Source: Candidatus Bathyarchaeota archaeon
Lineage (GTDB): Archaea; Thermoproteota; Bathyarchaeia; Bathyarchaeales; DTEX01
Length of the DNA stretch: 61,843 bases
Assembly (NCBI GenBank): GCA_018396655.1
Contig: JAGTQF010000001.1
Location: 1 to 61,843 of the forward strand
Direction: 5' to 3'
The notes under the pieces were generated by a model. That model worked only from the letters and a program-made list of their open reading frames with translations. It had not been told where the DNA came from and did no database searches. A program made the translations under genes and the position numbers. This document shows, in pieces, positions 18,783 through 27,693 of this stretch (position 1 is the stretch's first letter; the number at the start of each line of letters is the position of its first letter).

Positions 18783-20024
18783 TCATTGAGAGGAGGATAA
18801 ATATTTGGGCTTGTAACTTATTATGCCTCTAAACCTTTCATCTTCAGAGAGAACTTCAACGATGACCTTTCGCGGAACACCAAGACTTATTTTCTTTGTC
18901 CGCCCATATCGCCCTAAACTTACCAGTCTCGAATTTAAAAGGCCCATAACATCCAGCTCATTTATCAGTCCACTCACTCTCCTCTGCGTTAAAGGACTTA
19001 TGCCAAGCTGCTCGCAAAGTTCCGAATAGAGATTATATATGTCCCCTGTTACCGAGCGATTCGCATCAAACTTGTTGAGTAAGTATACGCTTAAGAGAAC
19101 AATCTTTGAGTGAGTTGGCAAACTCTTTATGCTCTCATAGACTTGGTCGTGCTCTATTCTCTCCTGAGCCTCGCGGACATGAAACTCGGTAATTTTCCCA
19201 TCCCCCCTTCGCTCAGCAATCTCACCAGCGACTCTCAAAAGGTCTAGAGCTCTTCTGGCATCACCATGTTCGGCAGCCGCTAATGCAGCACATAATCTGA
19301 TAGCACCATTCGTTAAGACTCCATCATAAAATGCTATTTTCGCTCTCTCTAAAAGTATATCCTGAAGCTCATCAGCATTATAGGGCTTAAAGATAATCTC
19401 CTCTTCACTCAGTGTGCTTAGAACTCTCGGATCAAGAAATTCCTTAAACTTTAAGTCGTTTGAGATTCCTATAAGTGAGACTTTACTTTCATGGAGACTT
19501 TCATTTATTCTGGTGAGCTCATAGAGAAGCGTATCACCTCTAATTTTGATGAGTGCATCAATCTCGTCTAATGCTACGAGAAGGATTATTCCTTGAGATT
19601 CAAGATGCTTTTTGAATCTGTCGAAAATTTCGCCAACAGCTAATCCCGTGAAAGGAACTTTCACGTTAATGCTTGAGCATAATGTGGCAAGAACTCTATA
19701 TTCCGTTCCAGCCAGCCGGCAGTTAACGAAGCAAACCTTAACTGGAGAGCCTATCTCAGTAGCTTTCTGAGCAAGCTTATTTAACACAAACTTAACAACA
19801 GCTGTCTTTCCAGTGCCAGTCTTACCATAGATTAGGACATTGGAGCATGGTGAACCTTTAAGGGCAGGGGCGGTTATTTCGCCTAAGCGGAGGATTTGCT
19901 CCTTTCTATGGGGGAGATTTTCAGGAACATAATCATGCCTAAGCACTTCCCTATTTCTAAATATCCTTGAACCTTTCAGAAACTGAGCGAAGACATCGTC
20001 CAAGATATCCTCTTGATTCTCCAT
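18783..20024 (-). CDS. cdc6: Orc1/Cdc6 replication initiator
   Basis: Walker A GKTGTGKT, Walker B LDEID, LD.RV.S.L, PY...EL..IL..R, GDARRA.DLLR, C-terminal wHTH with GRYGRTK. Confidence 0.96.
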   Translation of the reverse strand: MENQEDILDDVFAQFLKGSRIFRNREVLRHDYVPENLPHRKEQILRLGEITAPALKGSPCSNVLIYGKTGTGKTAVVKFVLNKLAQKATEIGSPVKVCFVNCRLAGTEYRVLATLCSSINVKVPFTGLAVGEIFDRFKKHLESQGIILLVALDEIDALIKIRGDTLLYELTRINESLHESKVSLIGISNDLKFKEFLDPRVLSTLSEEEIIFKPYNADELQDILLERAKIAFYDGVLTNGAIRLCAALAAAEHGDARRALDLLRVAGEIAERRGDGKITEFHVREAQERIEHDQVYESIKSLPTHSKIVLLSVYLLNKFDANRSVTGDIYNLYSELCEQLGISPLTQRRVSGLINELDVMGLLNSRLVSLGRYGRTKKISLGVPRKVIVEVLSEDERFRGIISYKPKYLSSSQ

Positions 20025-20139
20025 TTAAACCCCTTTTCCTATCTGCCTTCAGCCTAGAAATTACACTTTATGAAAATTAAGAACTCTCATACAAAAAAAT
20101 AGATAAAGAATAGCAAAGTGTTAAAGAAAGGGGGCTCCC

Positions 20140-20574
20140 ACCCCTCTATTTCTACTGGAACAGCCCCTTTTATTAAGAAAAATTTTTCCTAAAAATAAAA
20201 GGAACAGCCTCCCATTGTGTATAGAAAGACTTGATATTTAACATCGTTTATACAATGTTTTATACTAAAAGTTAAAAATTAATTTTGCAATCCTACAGAA
20301 AAAAACAGGCCAATAAAGCCATTTTTTCAGCCAAAAATTTAAGCTTCTAGTTTCTTATGGTTGCTCCAGTGGAAAATTGGGGGTCGGTGTGATGTAGTGA
20401 AATCATATTATTGTCTGGTATTGCACATTATTGGTCTTTAACAAGTTTCACTTGTTGTGAACTACATGTTAGTGCTAAAAAGTATTCACTCTTTTTCTTC
20501 ACTCTTTTCTCGCTATAATAATCTAAAATGGATTTAATTTTGTTAAAAGGCCACCCCTTCATTTCCTTTGGAAA
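20140..20574. other. Replication origin oriC with three ORB boxes and an AT-rich unwinding region
   Basis: ORB1 20140-20161 (minus, GTTCCAGTAGAAATAGAGGGGT), ORB2 20363-20384 (plus, GCTCCAGTGGAAAATTGGGGGT), ORB3 20553-20574 (minus, TTTCCAAAGGAAATGAAGGGGT). ORB2 and ORB3 face each other across an AT-rich stretch directly upstream of cdc6. Confidence 0.88.
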
Positions 20575-20738
20575 AAGAAACAAAATCTTTTCTTTTCCTA
20601 TTTGAAGAAAATTTCCGTTATGTTAAATTTGTTAAGCAAAAAATTTGCAAAATTTTCCTTTTTTTGCAAAAGATAGCTTTTTCTCTATTTTTCTTCGCGG
20701 AGTTTTAACCGAATAATTTATAACTTGTGAAGTGATAA

Positions 20739-21179
20739 TTGTTAACCGTTAGCTACCGGGTGAAGTCTCTATTGCCTGCAAGAAAGATGAAAGTTGAAGT
20801 CTATGATGAATCTGGAAACCGATATGTAATTAGCTTTGAAGGTAGGGTTACACGGGAAAAGGCTCTAAAAATTTTAGACATTATTGAATTGCTTGGCGGT
20901 ATGCCAATTTCAGAACCAATTGAATATCTGCATGATCTCTCCAAAATCGAGAAAGTTCTCTTCATAGTAAAAAAGAATTTTCCCATAGTTTGGTTCTCGG
21001 CGAAAGAGGTCCAGAAAGTTTATGAGAAGGAGACTGGTGAATTTATAAGCCTTAGTGCGGTTTCAACCTACCTAACAAGACTGGCTGATAAGGGTATTTT
21101 AATAAAAGCGAAGAATGGCAGCCGCATATCTTTTAGACTTGCGTCTAGAGAATTAAAGGAAGTTATCAGGCCCTTTTAA
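20739..21179 (+). CDS. Hypothetical protein with a C-terminal winged helix (likely start ATG about 20787)
   Basis: N-terminal beta-beta-alpha unit MKVEVYDESGNRYVISFEG..TREKALKILD; C-terminal WFSAKEVQKVYE...ISLSAVSTYLTRLADKGIL wHTH pattern. Confidence 0.8.
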   Translation: MLTVSYRVKSLLPARKMKVEVYDESGNRYVISFEGRVTREKALKILDIIELLGGMPISEPIEYLHDLSKIEKVLFIVKKNFPIVWFSAKEVQKVYEKETGEFISLSAVSTYLTRLADKGILIKAKNGSRISFRLASRELKEVIRPF

Positions 21180-21182
21180 GGA

Positions 21183-21908
21183 TTAAGTCTTAGGGCTCTC
21201 TCCTCTTAAAATCTCTTCCATTTCTTTGTTTAAGCGGTAAACATAAGGAATCCTATCATCCCTTCTTTCAACATATCCGCGCGTATAAAGGCTTTTCATT
21301 AATCGAGCCGTGTGCTCCCTTGTCAACCCAATCCTATCTTTTATTTCTGGAACAGTTTTCTCTCCCTCTTTTGCTAAAATCTCTAAAACCTTCAATTCAG
21401 TTTCCGTGAGTGAGACTAAAACTTTATCGTCTTTCGCCGTGAATGTTGTGCGTGAGGGCTTAACCTTTGATTCCACATTTTTTTCTCTAACTTCGGCCTT
21501 CTCTATTCTGCTTTTCTCAATCTCGCTCAATTTCTTTAGAACCTCATCATATTTAACAGATAGATCATCAACTTTAGTTTTTAACTCCTCATAATTGGCG
21601 TAATACACCTCTTTATATTTCATTAATTTATCAACCTCGCCTCTAATATTAACTAGCATCGCATTTAGCTCCTCCAATCTTCTTATCTCTCCAGAAAGAA
21701 CCTCTTCAAACCTCCTAGATATCTCCTCAATCTTCTCGTTCTGCCTCTTAATATCTCCATTAAAACTAAAGATTATATCGTCGATAACGCCTTTTGCCCT
21801 CTTATATTCTCTTTCTCCCTCCCTCAACCGTTTATAATAAATAAATAAAAACGCAGAGGCTACCCCAAAGAGAACGATATGGATGCCTATCAATAGGATA
21901 TCAAACAT
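21183..21908 (-). CDS. Membrane-anchored coiled-coil protein with a C-terminal winged helix
   Basis: N-terminal TM (ILLIGIHIVLFGVASAFLFIYY-KR), about 110 aa of heptads, then LTETELKVLEILAKEGEKTVPEIKDRIGLTREHTARLMKSLYTRGYVER. Confidence 0.85.
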   Translation of the reverse strand: MFDILLIGIHIVLFGVASAFLFIYYKRLREGEREYKRAKGVIDDIIFSFNGDIKRQNEKIEEISRRFEEVLSGEIRRLEELNAMLVNIRGEVDKLMKYKEVYYANYEELKTKVDDLSVKYDEVLKKLSEIEKSRIEKAEVREKNVESKVKPSRTTFTAKDDKVLVSLTETELKVLEILAKEGEKTVPEIKDRIGLTREHTARLMKSLYTRGYVERRDDRIPYVYRLNKEMEEILRGESPKT

Positions 21909-21992
21909 TGTGACATCCCCGTGACATCACGAATCACGTGATTCATAAACATCACGATTCAATCACAATATAATCACAGTATTACGCTTAAA

Positions 21993-22099
21993 ATACTTTC
22001 GGTATCTCATTTTACATCCTCTTGAAAAAGATTTAGAATTACTGCGCCTAATACTGTAAAATATCAGGCTGAGAATATAAAATGAGATACCGAAAGTAT
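21993..22099. repeat. 29-bp inverted repeat (27/29) enclosing a 49-nt spacer; long hairpin or MITE-like element
   Basis: ATACTTTCGGTATCTCATTTTACATCCTC (21993-22021) versus GAGAATATAAAATGAGATACCGAAAGTAT (22071-22099). Confidence 0.85.
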
Positions 22100-22125
22100 A
22101 AGGATTTGTGATGTCTTTTGTGACA

Positions 22126-22572
22126 TCACGCTTTGCCGGACATAGCTCTGGGCTTAGAAAGAGCGAAAAGTCCCTTTTCTATCTCCTCCTGAAGAGTCCG
22201 TATTATTCTTATTTGTTCCTCGCTTATCTCACCCTTCTTCCATAAATCCTTATACTTTTCGCTGTATGCTCTTACTTTATTTGATATCTCAATGTATGGA
22301 TTTAGACGTGGATCATCAAAAATGCCCAAGTAACCTAAAAGAATAACTGTATAAATTGATCTAATTATATTCTTCCTTGCCTGCGCTAAGGTTCTGTTGA
22401 ATGAGCCACGGCTCACACCTACGGGCCTTAGTTTTGCCTTTTCCTCATAAACTATTCTTTCTTCACATATTTTTTCGGCTAAAATATCTATTAAGAAAGT
22501 TTCTGCCTGTATTCTCGTCAAATTGCTATTTTTAAGGAGTATTTTGAATATTGGATCTTTATTTAGGCTCAT
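22126..22572 (-). CDS. Hypothetical HTH-like DNA-binding protein
   Basis: SNLTRIQAET...YEEKAKLR..GVSRGSFNRTLAQARKNI resembles a sigma70-region-4/Tfx-like HTH. Confidence 0.75.
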   Translation of the reverse strand: MSLNKDPIFKILLKNSNLTRIQAETFLIDILAEKICEERIVYEEKAKLRPVGVSRGSFNRTLAQARKNIIRSIYTVILLGYLGIFDDPRLNPYIEISNKVRAYSEKYKDLWKKGEISEEQIRIIRTLQEEIEKGLFALSKPRAMSGKA

Positions 22573-22819
22573 CAGCCACTTTTGAACTTCATCTTTTAAT
22601 GCCGGATTTTTCAGTTCGAGAGTCCCTCCTAATGAATACGTTTTTGTATACGCATATCTATTTAAGTTTTTGCGCCTGAATAATTATTGCTGTCTGCTCA
22701 TGTGCTGTGATGTGATTTTGTTGTGATGTTTTGATATCTGCATTTTTCATAACGCTTAAGAGGTTAATGCGCTAAATCTTTTAGGTAACTGTTGGTAAGT
22801 TAGTATTGCTGGGTCTAAG

Positions 22820-23065
22820 ATGGGAAGAAGACGTAGGAAAGTAGTTCGCATACCAAAGAAGAAGCTACCTAAGGTTTTCTTGTGTCCAAAATGTAATCAA
22901 CAATCTATTAGAATTGAGATAATTGATGAGAGTGGAGGAGAAAGAAAGGCCACAATTAAATGTGGGAATTTAAATTGCGGCTTTACGAAAGAGATTCAAA
23001 TAAAACCCTTCTTTAAGGAAATAGACGTTTATTGCCAATTCATAGATGAATTTTATGGTTCATGA
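22820..23065 (+). CDS. elf1: Transcription elongation factor Elf1 homologue
   Basis: MGRRRRK...[11 protein letters not shown]...C..C...IDVYCQFID. Confidence 0.9.
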   Translation: MGRRRRKVVRIPKKKLPKVFLCPKCNQQSIRIEIIDESGGERKATIKCGNLNCGFTKEIQIKPFFKEIDVYCQFIDEFYGS

Positions 23066-23089
23066 GAAAGTGATTGGGAGACAATTAAA

Positions 23090-23887
23090 ATGGTCGGTAG
23101 AGTCGAGAAATATCTCTTGGAAAGGATTCGGAATGAAGGAGCAATACACATGACGCTCATCGATCCAGAGAAGGTAACACCGGAGTCTGCCGTACTTATA
23201 TCTTGTGAGAGTGAATCTTGCGGTTCCTCGGCTATAATGATTGGTGGAACGACTCTTATATCTCCAAATACCCTAAATAGTGTTGCTAAGGCTATTAAGG
23301 ACTCTGTTAATATACCAGTCATATTATTCCCAAATAATATAACTGGGATTAGTGAGTACGCTGATGCAATATGGTTTATGTCCCTTTTAAACTCAGCAGA
23401 CCCATACTTTATAGCTGGAGCGCAGGTGCTAGCAGCACCATTGATTAGAAAACTCGGTTTGGAAACTATTCCACTTGGATATATAATAGTTGGTGAGGGG
23501 GGCTCGGCGGGGGTTATTGGAAAGGCGTGTCCAATTCCATACAATAAACCTGAGTTGGCGGTTGCCCATGCACTAGCAGCCCAATTCTTTGGCATGAGAT
23601 TTGTTTATTTAGAGGCTGGTTCTGGCGCAAGCCAGCCGGTTCCAACGGAAATGATTAGAATGGTTAGGGAGAATGTCAATTTAACCTTGATTGTTGGTGG
23701 AGGAATAAGGACTGGAAATCAGGCTGAGACTGCGGTGAAGGCTGGGGCTGACATAATAGTCACTGGCACGGTGACCGAGACTAGTAGAAAGGAAGAAATT
23801 AAAAGTAAGTTGATTGAAATAATTAGGGGTGTGAGGGAGGGGGCGAAAAGCAAGTTTAGGGGGAATGTTAGTATTGACAGCGTTTGA
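23090..23887 (+). CDS. Geranylgeranylglyceryl phosphate synthase
   Basis: HMTLIDP, IMIGGT, PVILFP, SLLNS, YLEAGSGA, VGGGIR, GAD.IVTGT. Confidence 0.93.
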   Translation: MVGRVEKYLLERIRNEGAIHMTLIDPEKVTPESAVLISCESESCGSSAIMIGGTTLISPNTLNSVAKAIKDSVNIPVILFPNNITGISEYADAIWFMSLLNSADPYFIAGAQVLAAPLIRKLGLETIPLGYIIVGEGGSAGVIGKACPIPYNKPELAVAHALAAQFFGMRFVYLEAGSGASQPVPTEMIRMVRENVNLTLIVGGGIRTGNQAETAVKAGADIIVTGTVTETSRKEEIKSKLIEIIRGVREGAKSKFRGNVSIDSV

Positions 23888-24185
23888 GCAGTATTTTGAG
23901 TCTCTTAAAAAGGTTTTAGGGCGAGATGACCTATACGATATATGGCCAGATTTTGAGCCCGAATACGATGAGAGGGAATATGCTTGGACGACGTTAAGGG
24001 GTTTAGGCGAATCCCTACTTCTTAATTGTGGCCAATGCGATGGGCCGTCAGATATGAGGCATAATAGGTGTAGGGCTTGTGTCGAAAGGAGGAAGGATAT
24101 AGCGAGAAGAACTTATGAGAGGGCTATGGGCCGCCCAATTGAGAAGTGGAACGCCATAATCTTATGTCGAATTCACATAGAGTAG
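23865..24185 (+). CDS. Small hypothetical Zn-binding protein
   Basis: LLLNCGQCDGPSD....CRAC; overlaps the GGGPS stop and abuts the DP2 start. Confidence 0.75.
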   Translation: MLVLTAFEQYFESLKKVLGRDDLYDIWPDFEPEYDEREYAWTTLRGLGESLLLNCGQCDGPSDMRHNRCRACVERRKDIARRTYERAMGRPIEKWNAIILCRIHIE

Positions 24186-24196
24186 TGCCAGTCATT

Positions 24197-27100
24197 ATGG
24201 AAAAAGCCAAAAGGATTAGTAGAGAATACCAAGAATACTTCTCTCATCTAGAGCAATCTCTAGAGGAAATTTATAAAATTGCCAGAGAGGCTAGAGAAAA
24301 AGGGCTTGATCCAAAGCCTTATCCTGAGATAGAGATGGCGGATGACTTAGCTGGTTTGGTTGAGGGCTTTATTGGGTTGCCGGGAATAGCTGAAAGAATA
24401 AGGGAGCTCTCTAAAGTGATGTCTAGGGAGAGGGTTGCCTTTAAGATAGCTGAGGAGATTGTTTATGGAAGGTTTGGGCATTTGGGTGAGGAGAGGGCTG
24501 CGGATTTAGCGATTAGAACCGCTCTAGCGATATTGACTGAGGGTGTTACCGCGGCGGTTTATTCTGAGGGTATAGCTAAGGTGGCAATAAAGACGAATAT
24601 GGATGGCTCTAGATATCTGGCGATATACTTAGCTGGCCCAATAAGGTCGGCTGGTGGAACAGAAACCGCCTTAACCCCTGTAATCGCAGATTTTGTTAGA
24701 CGACTACTAAAGTTGGATAGATATAAGCCAACTAGAGAGGAGATAGAGCGTTTTATTGAGGAGCTTAGGCTTTATGAGCGTGAAGTTGGTCAATTCCAGT
24801 ATAATGTCTCAGATGAGCAGCTTAGACTCGCCCTAGAACATCTCCCGGTTGAGGTCACTGGAACACCCTCCGACCCAGTTGAGGTCTCAGCTTACCGAAA
24901 TCTGCCACGCATAGAAACTAATCGTGTTCGTGGTGGAGCATTAAGGGTTGTAAATGATGGTATAGTGGGGAGGGCTGCAAAGGTTCTGGCAGTTGTCGAG
25001 GAGCTTGGTATTCAGGGTTGGGAGTGGCTTAGGGAGATTAAGGAGATTGAGAAAAAGAATAATAAATCTTCGTTGGGGTTCATGGAAGAGGTTCCAGCTG
25101 GCCGCCCAATACTCTGCTTTCCATCCAAGAGGGGAGGTTTTAGGCTAAGATATGGAAGGTCAAGAAATACTGGGCTGGCGGCCGTTGGCGTCCACCCATT
25201 AACCATGATAACCTTACAGAATTTTCTGGCAGGTGGAACCCAGCTTAAAATTGAAACTCCCGGAAAATCGGGAATCGTGATGCCTGTGGATTATATTGAA
25301 CCGCCAATTGTTAAATTGAAGGATGGTTCTGTCGTTAGGGTCTCCCAAGAAAATATAGAGGTTGTTAAGAGGGAAACCGAGAGAATTCTCTTTCTGGGAG
25401 ATATTCTTGTGAGCTTCGGCGACTTTCTCTATAATAATAGGGCCCTTTTACCCTCCGGATATACTGAAGAGTTCTGGCGTGAGGAGCTCAGGAAAGTGGT
25501 TATTGAAGATTTCGGCGGAGACATTGAAAGGGCCGCCTTAAGAGCCGGGATTTCACCACCATCTTTAAGGTCATATTTAGATGACCCATTCAATAATAAG
25601 CCTAGCGTTAACGAAGCCATCTCCTTGAGTAAAGCGCTTGGGGTTCCGCTGCACCCATCCTATGTATATTTCTGGTCAAATATAGGCGCTGAAGATTTAG
25701 AGTTAATTAGGAATTGGCTGTTAAAGTCCAATGTGAGCATTGAGGGTGGATTGATAACTAGAATTGAGGGTATTATGGACGAGGAGGTTAAAAGGGTCCT
25801 TGAGGAAATATGTCTTCCACATATGGTTGCTAATGGCAACATTATTGTTGAAGGGTCTGATGCTCACGCTCTTGCTATATCTTTAGGAATAAACAATCCC
25901 GACGTGAAAATTGATAATTCACTTTCAACGCTTGAGAACCTTTGTAGGCTTAGTGGCATGACTATTAGAGATAAGGCTCCATCTTTTATAGGCGCTAGGG
26001 TTGGCCGGCCGGAAAAGGCTAAGAAACGTGAGATGAAACCACCAGTTCATGTTCTATTTCCAGCTGGTTTAGGTGGGGGTCCTCAAAGGGACCTCATGAA
26101 AGCCTATAGGAAGGGAATAATTAGGGTTGAGATTGTCAGCCGAATATGCCCAAAATGTAGGGCAATAACATTTAAGAGATTTTGCCCATCATGTGGGTCG
26201 GAAACTAATCTTAGGTTTATCTGTCCTGAATGCGGCAGAGACCTGGATAAAGAGGAATGCCCAGTATGTAAGATTAATGCAAGAAACTTCTGTACTCAAA
26301 CGATTTCGATTAGAGATTTAATCGATGAAGCATGCCAGAAAATGGGCTTTACGCCAGAGCAAGTTAAGGGCGTTAAGGGTTTGACGAATAGGACTAAAAC
26401 TCCGGAGCCGATTGAAAAGGGAATTTTAAGGGCAAAGTATAATCTCTCCGTCTATAAGGATGGCACAATAAGATTTGACGCTACAAACGCGCCTTTAACG
26501 CACTTTAAACCATCGGAGATAGGCGTTAATGTTGAAAAACTGAGGGAGCTGGGCTACACCCACGATTATCTAGGTAATCCGCTTAAGGACCCGGAACAGA
26601 TATGCGAGCTTAAGGTTCAAGATGTTATAATTCCATGGAAGAGCGTTGAATATTTGATGGCCGTTGCGAACTTTGTTGATGAACTCCTCCAGAAGTTCTA
26701 TGGGCTTCCACCCTATTATAGGGTTAGTCGGCCTGATGATTTAGTTGGAGCGCTTATAATAGGCTTGGCTCCCCACACGTGTGCCGGGGTTTTAGGCAGA
26801 ATAATAGGCTTTACAAAGCTTAATGTATGCTTCGCCCATCCATTTTGGCATTCAGCAAAGCGTAGAGACTGCGATGGTGATGAAGATAGTATAATGCTTG
26901 CGTTGGACGCTTTCTTAAACTTTTCAAGGGAGTATCTTCCAGACCAAATTGGTGGAATAATGGATTCACCACTATTCATCATACGCATGGTCATGCCCGA
27001 GGAGGTCCAAAGGCAGGCGCATGAATTTGATGTTGCAGACCACTATCCGCTTGCCTTCTATATGGAAAGCCTGAAGGGAAGACCTGCCAGAGAGATAATC

Positions 27101-27634
27101 AACCTAATCGATATCATTAGGCATAGATTTGGTTCTGAAGCCCGCCTTCAGGGGCTCATGTTCACCACACCGACATCGAATATTGAGGCCGGTAACCGTG
27201 AGAGCATATATAAGACTCTGAAGCGCATGACCGATAAATTAAATGCCCAGCTAGGCCTGGCTGAGAAGATTAAAGCCGTTGACGCAAGGGTTGTTGCGGA
27301 AATAGTCCTAAATACGCATTTCATCCGAGATATATACGGGAACTTGAGGGCTTTTGCGACACAGAGTTTTAGATGTAAACGATGTAATAGGCGTTTTAGG
27401 CGTGTTCCACTTAAGGGTATATGTCCAGAATGTGGGGGAGAGCTAGCATTAACCGTTCATAGGGGGACTATCGAGAAGTATCTGGAGGATGCATGGCGCC
27501 TAGTTAAGAAGTATGGCATGTCAGAGTATTACATCCAACGCTTAACCCTAATTGAAGAGGAAATAGACTCGCTTTTCGAGAGCGGCAAGAGCGAAAAGCA
27601 GTCCAATCTATCAAAGTTTATAAATGGTTCTTAA
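24197..27634 (+). CDS. polD2: DNA polymerase D large subunit DP2 (ORF track start 24146)
   Basis: AGPIRSAGGT, GFRLRYGRSRNTG, IGARVGRPEKAK.R, Zn fingers, catalytic AKRRDCDGDED, C-terminal PIP-like QSNLSKF; no intein. Confidence 0.96.
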   Translation: MEKAKRISREYQEYFSHLEQSLEEIYKIAREAREKGLDPKPYPEIEMADDLAGLVEGFIGLPGIAERIRELSKVMSRERVAFKIAEEIVYGRFGHLGEERAADLAIRTALAILTEGVTAAVYSEGIAKVAIKTNMDGSRYLAIYLAGPIRSAGGTETALTPVIADFVRRLLKLDRYKPTREEIERFIEELRLYEREVGQFQYNVSDEQLRLALEHLPVEVTGTPSDPVEVSAYRNLPRIETNRVRGGALRVVNDGIVGRAAKVLAVVEELGIQGWEWLREIKEIEKKNNKSSLGFMEEVPAGRPILCFPSKRGGFRLRYGRSRNTGLAAVGVHPLTMITLQNFLAGGTQLKIETPGKSGIVMPVDYIEPPIVKLKDGSVVRVSQENIEVVKRETERILFLGDILVSFGDFLYNNRALLPSGYTEEFWREELRKVVIEDFGGDIERAALRAGISPPSLRSYLDDPFNNKPSVNEAISLSKALGVPLHPSYVYFWSNIGAEDLELIRNWLLKSNVSIEGGLITRIEGIMDEEVKRVLEEICLPHMVANGNIIVEGSDAHALAISLGINNPDVKIDNSLSTLENLCRLSGMTIRDKAPSFIGARVGRPEKAKKREMKPPVHVLFPAGLGGGPQRDLMKAYRKGIIRVEIVSRICPKCRAITFKRFCPSCGSETNLRFICPECGRDLDKEECPVCKINARNFCTQTISIRDLIDEACQKMGFTPEQVKGVKGLTNRTKTPEPIEKGILRAKYNLSVYKDGTIRFDATNAPLTHFKPSEIGVNVEKLRELGYTHDYLGNPLKDPEQICELKVQDVIIPWKSVEYLMAVANFVDELLQKFYGLPPYYRVSRPDDLVGALIIGLAPHTCAGVLGRIIGFTKLNVCFAHPFWHSAKRRDCDGDEDSIMLALDAFLNFSREYLPDQIGGIMDSPLFIIRMVMPEEVQRQAHEFDVADHYPLAFYMESLKGRPAREIINLIDIIRHRFGSEARLQGLMFTTPTSNIEAGNRESIYKTLKRMTDKLNAQLGLAEKIKAVDARVVAEIVLNTHFIRDIYGNLRAFATQSFRCKRCNRRFRRVPLKGICPECGGELALTVHRGTIEKYLEDAWRLVKKYGMSEYYIQRLTLIEEEIDSLFESGKSEKQSNLSKFINGS

Positions 27635-27693
27635 ATCGCCAAAAACATTTTTACAGTGGCGCATGCTAACTCAATTATTGTGGTGCTGCGTTA

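Larger units (their letters stand above)
21908..22740. repeat. Clusters of GTGAY/RTCAC pentamers in the non-coding gaps around the 22126-22572 gene
   Basis: Copies start at 21910, 21921, 21926, 21933, 21938, 21951, 21962, 21973, 22108, 22120, 22125, 22707, 22712 and 22723. GTGACATCACG is identical at 21921 and 22120; palindrome GAATCACGTGATTC at 21931-21944. Confidence 0.75.

Noticed and set aside
20727-20736. GTGAAGTGAT just before the 20739 ORF, as part of the repeat array
   Set aside because: Its position is equally compatible with a Shine-Dalgarno element, so it was not counted.
21908-22130. Possible CRISPR mini-array
   Set aside because: Repeats are 5-11 bp, in both orientations, without regular unique spacers; no cas genes.
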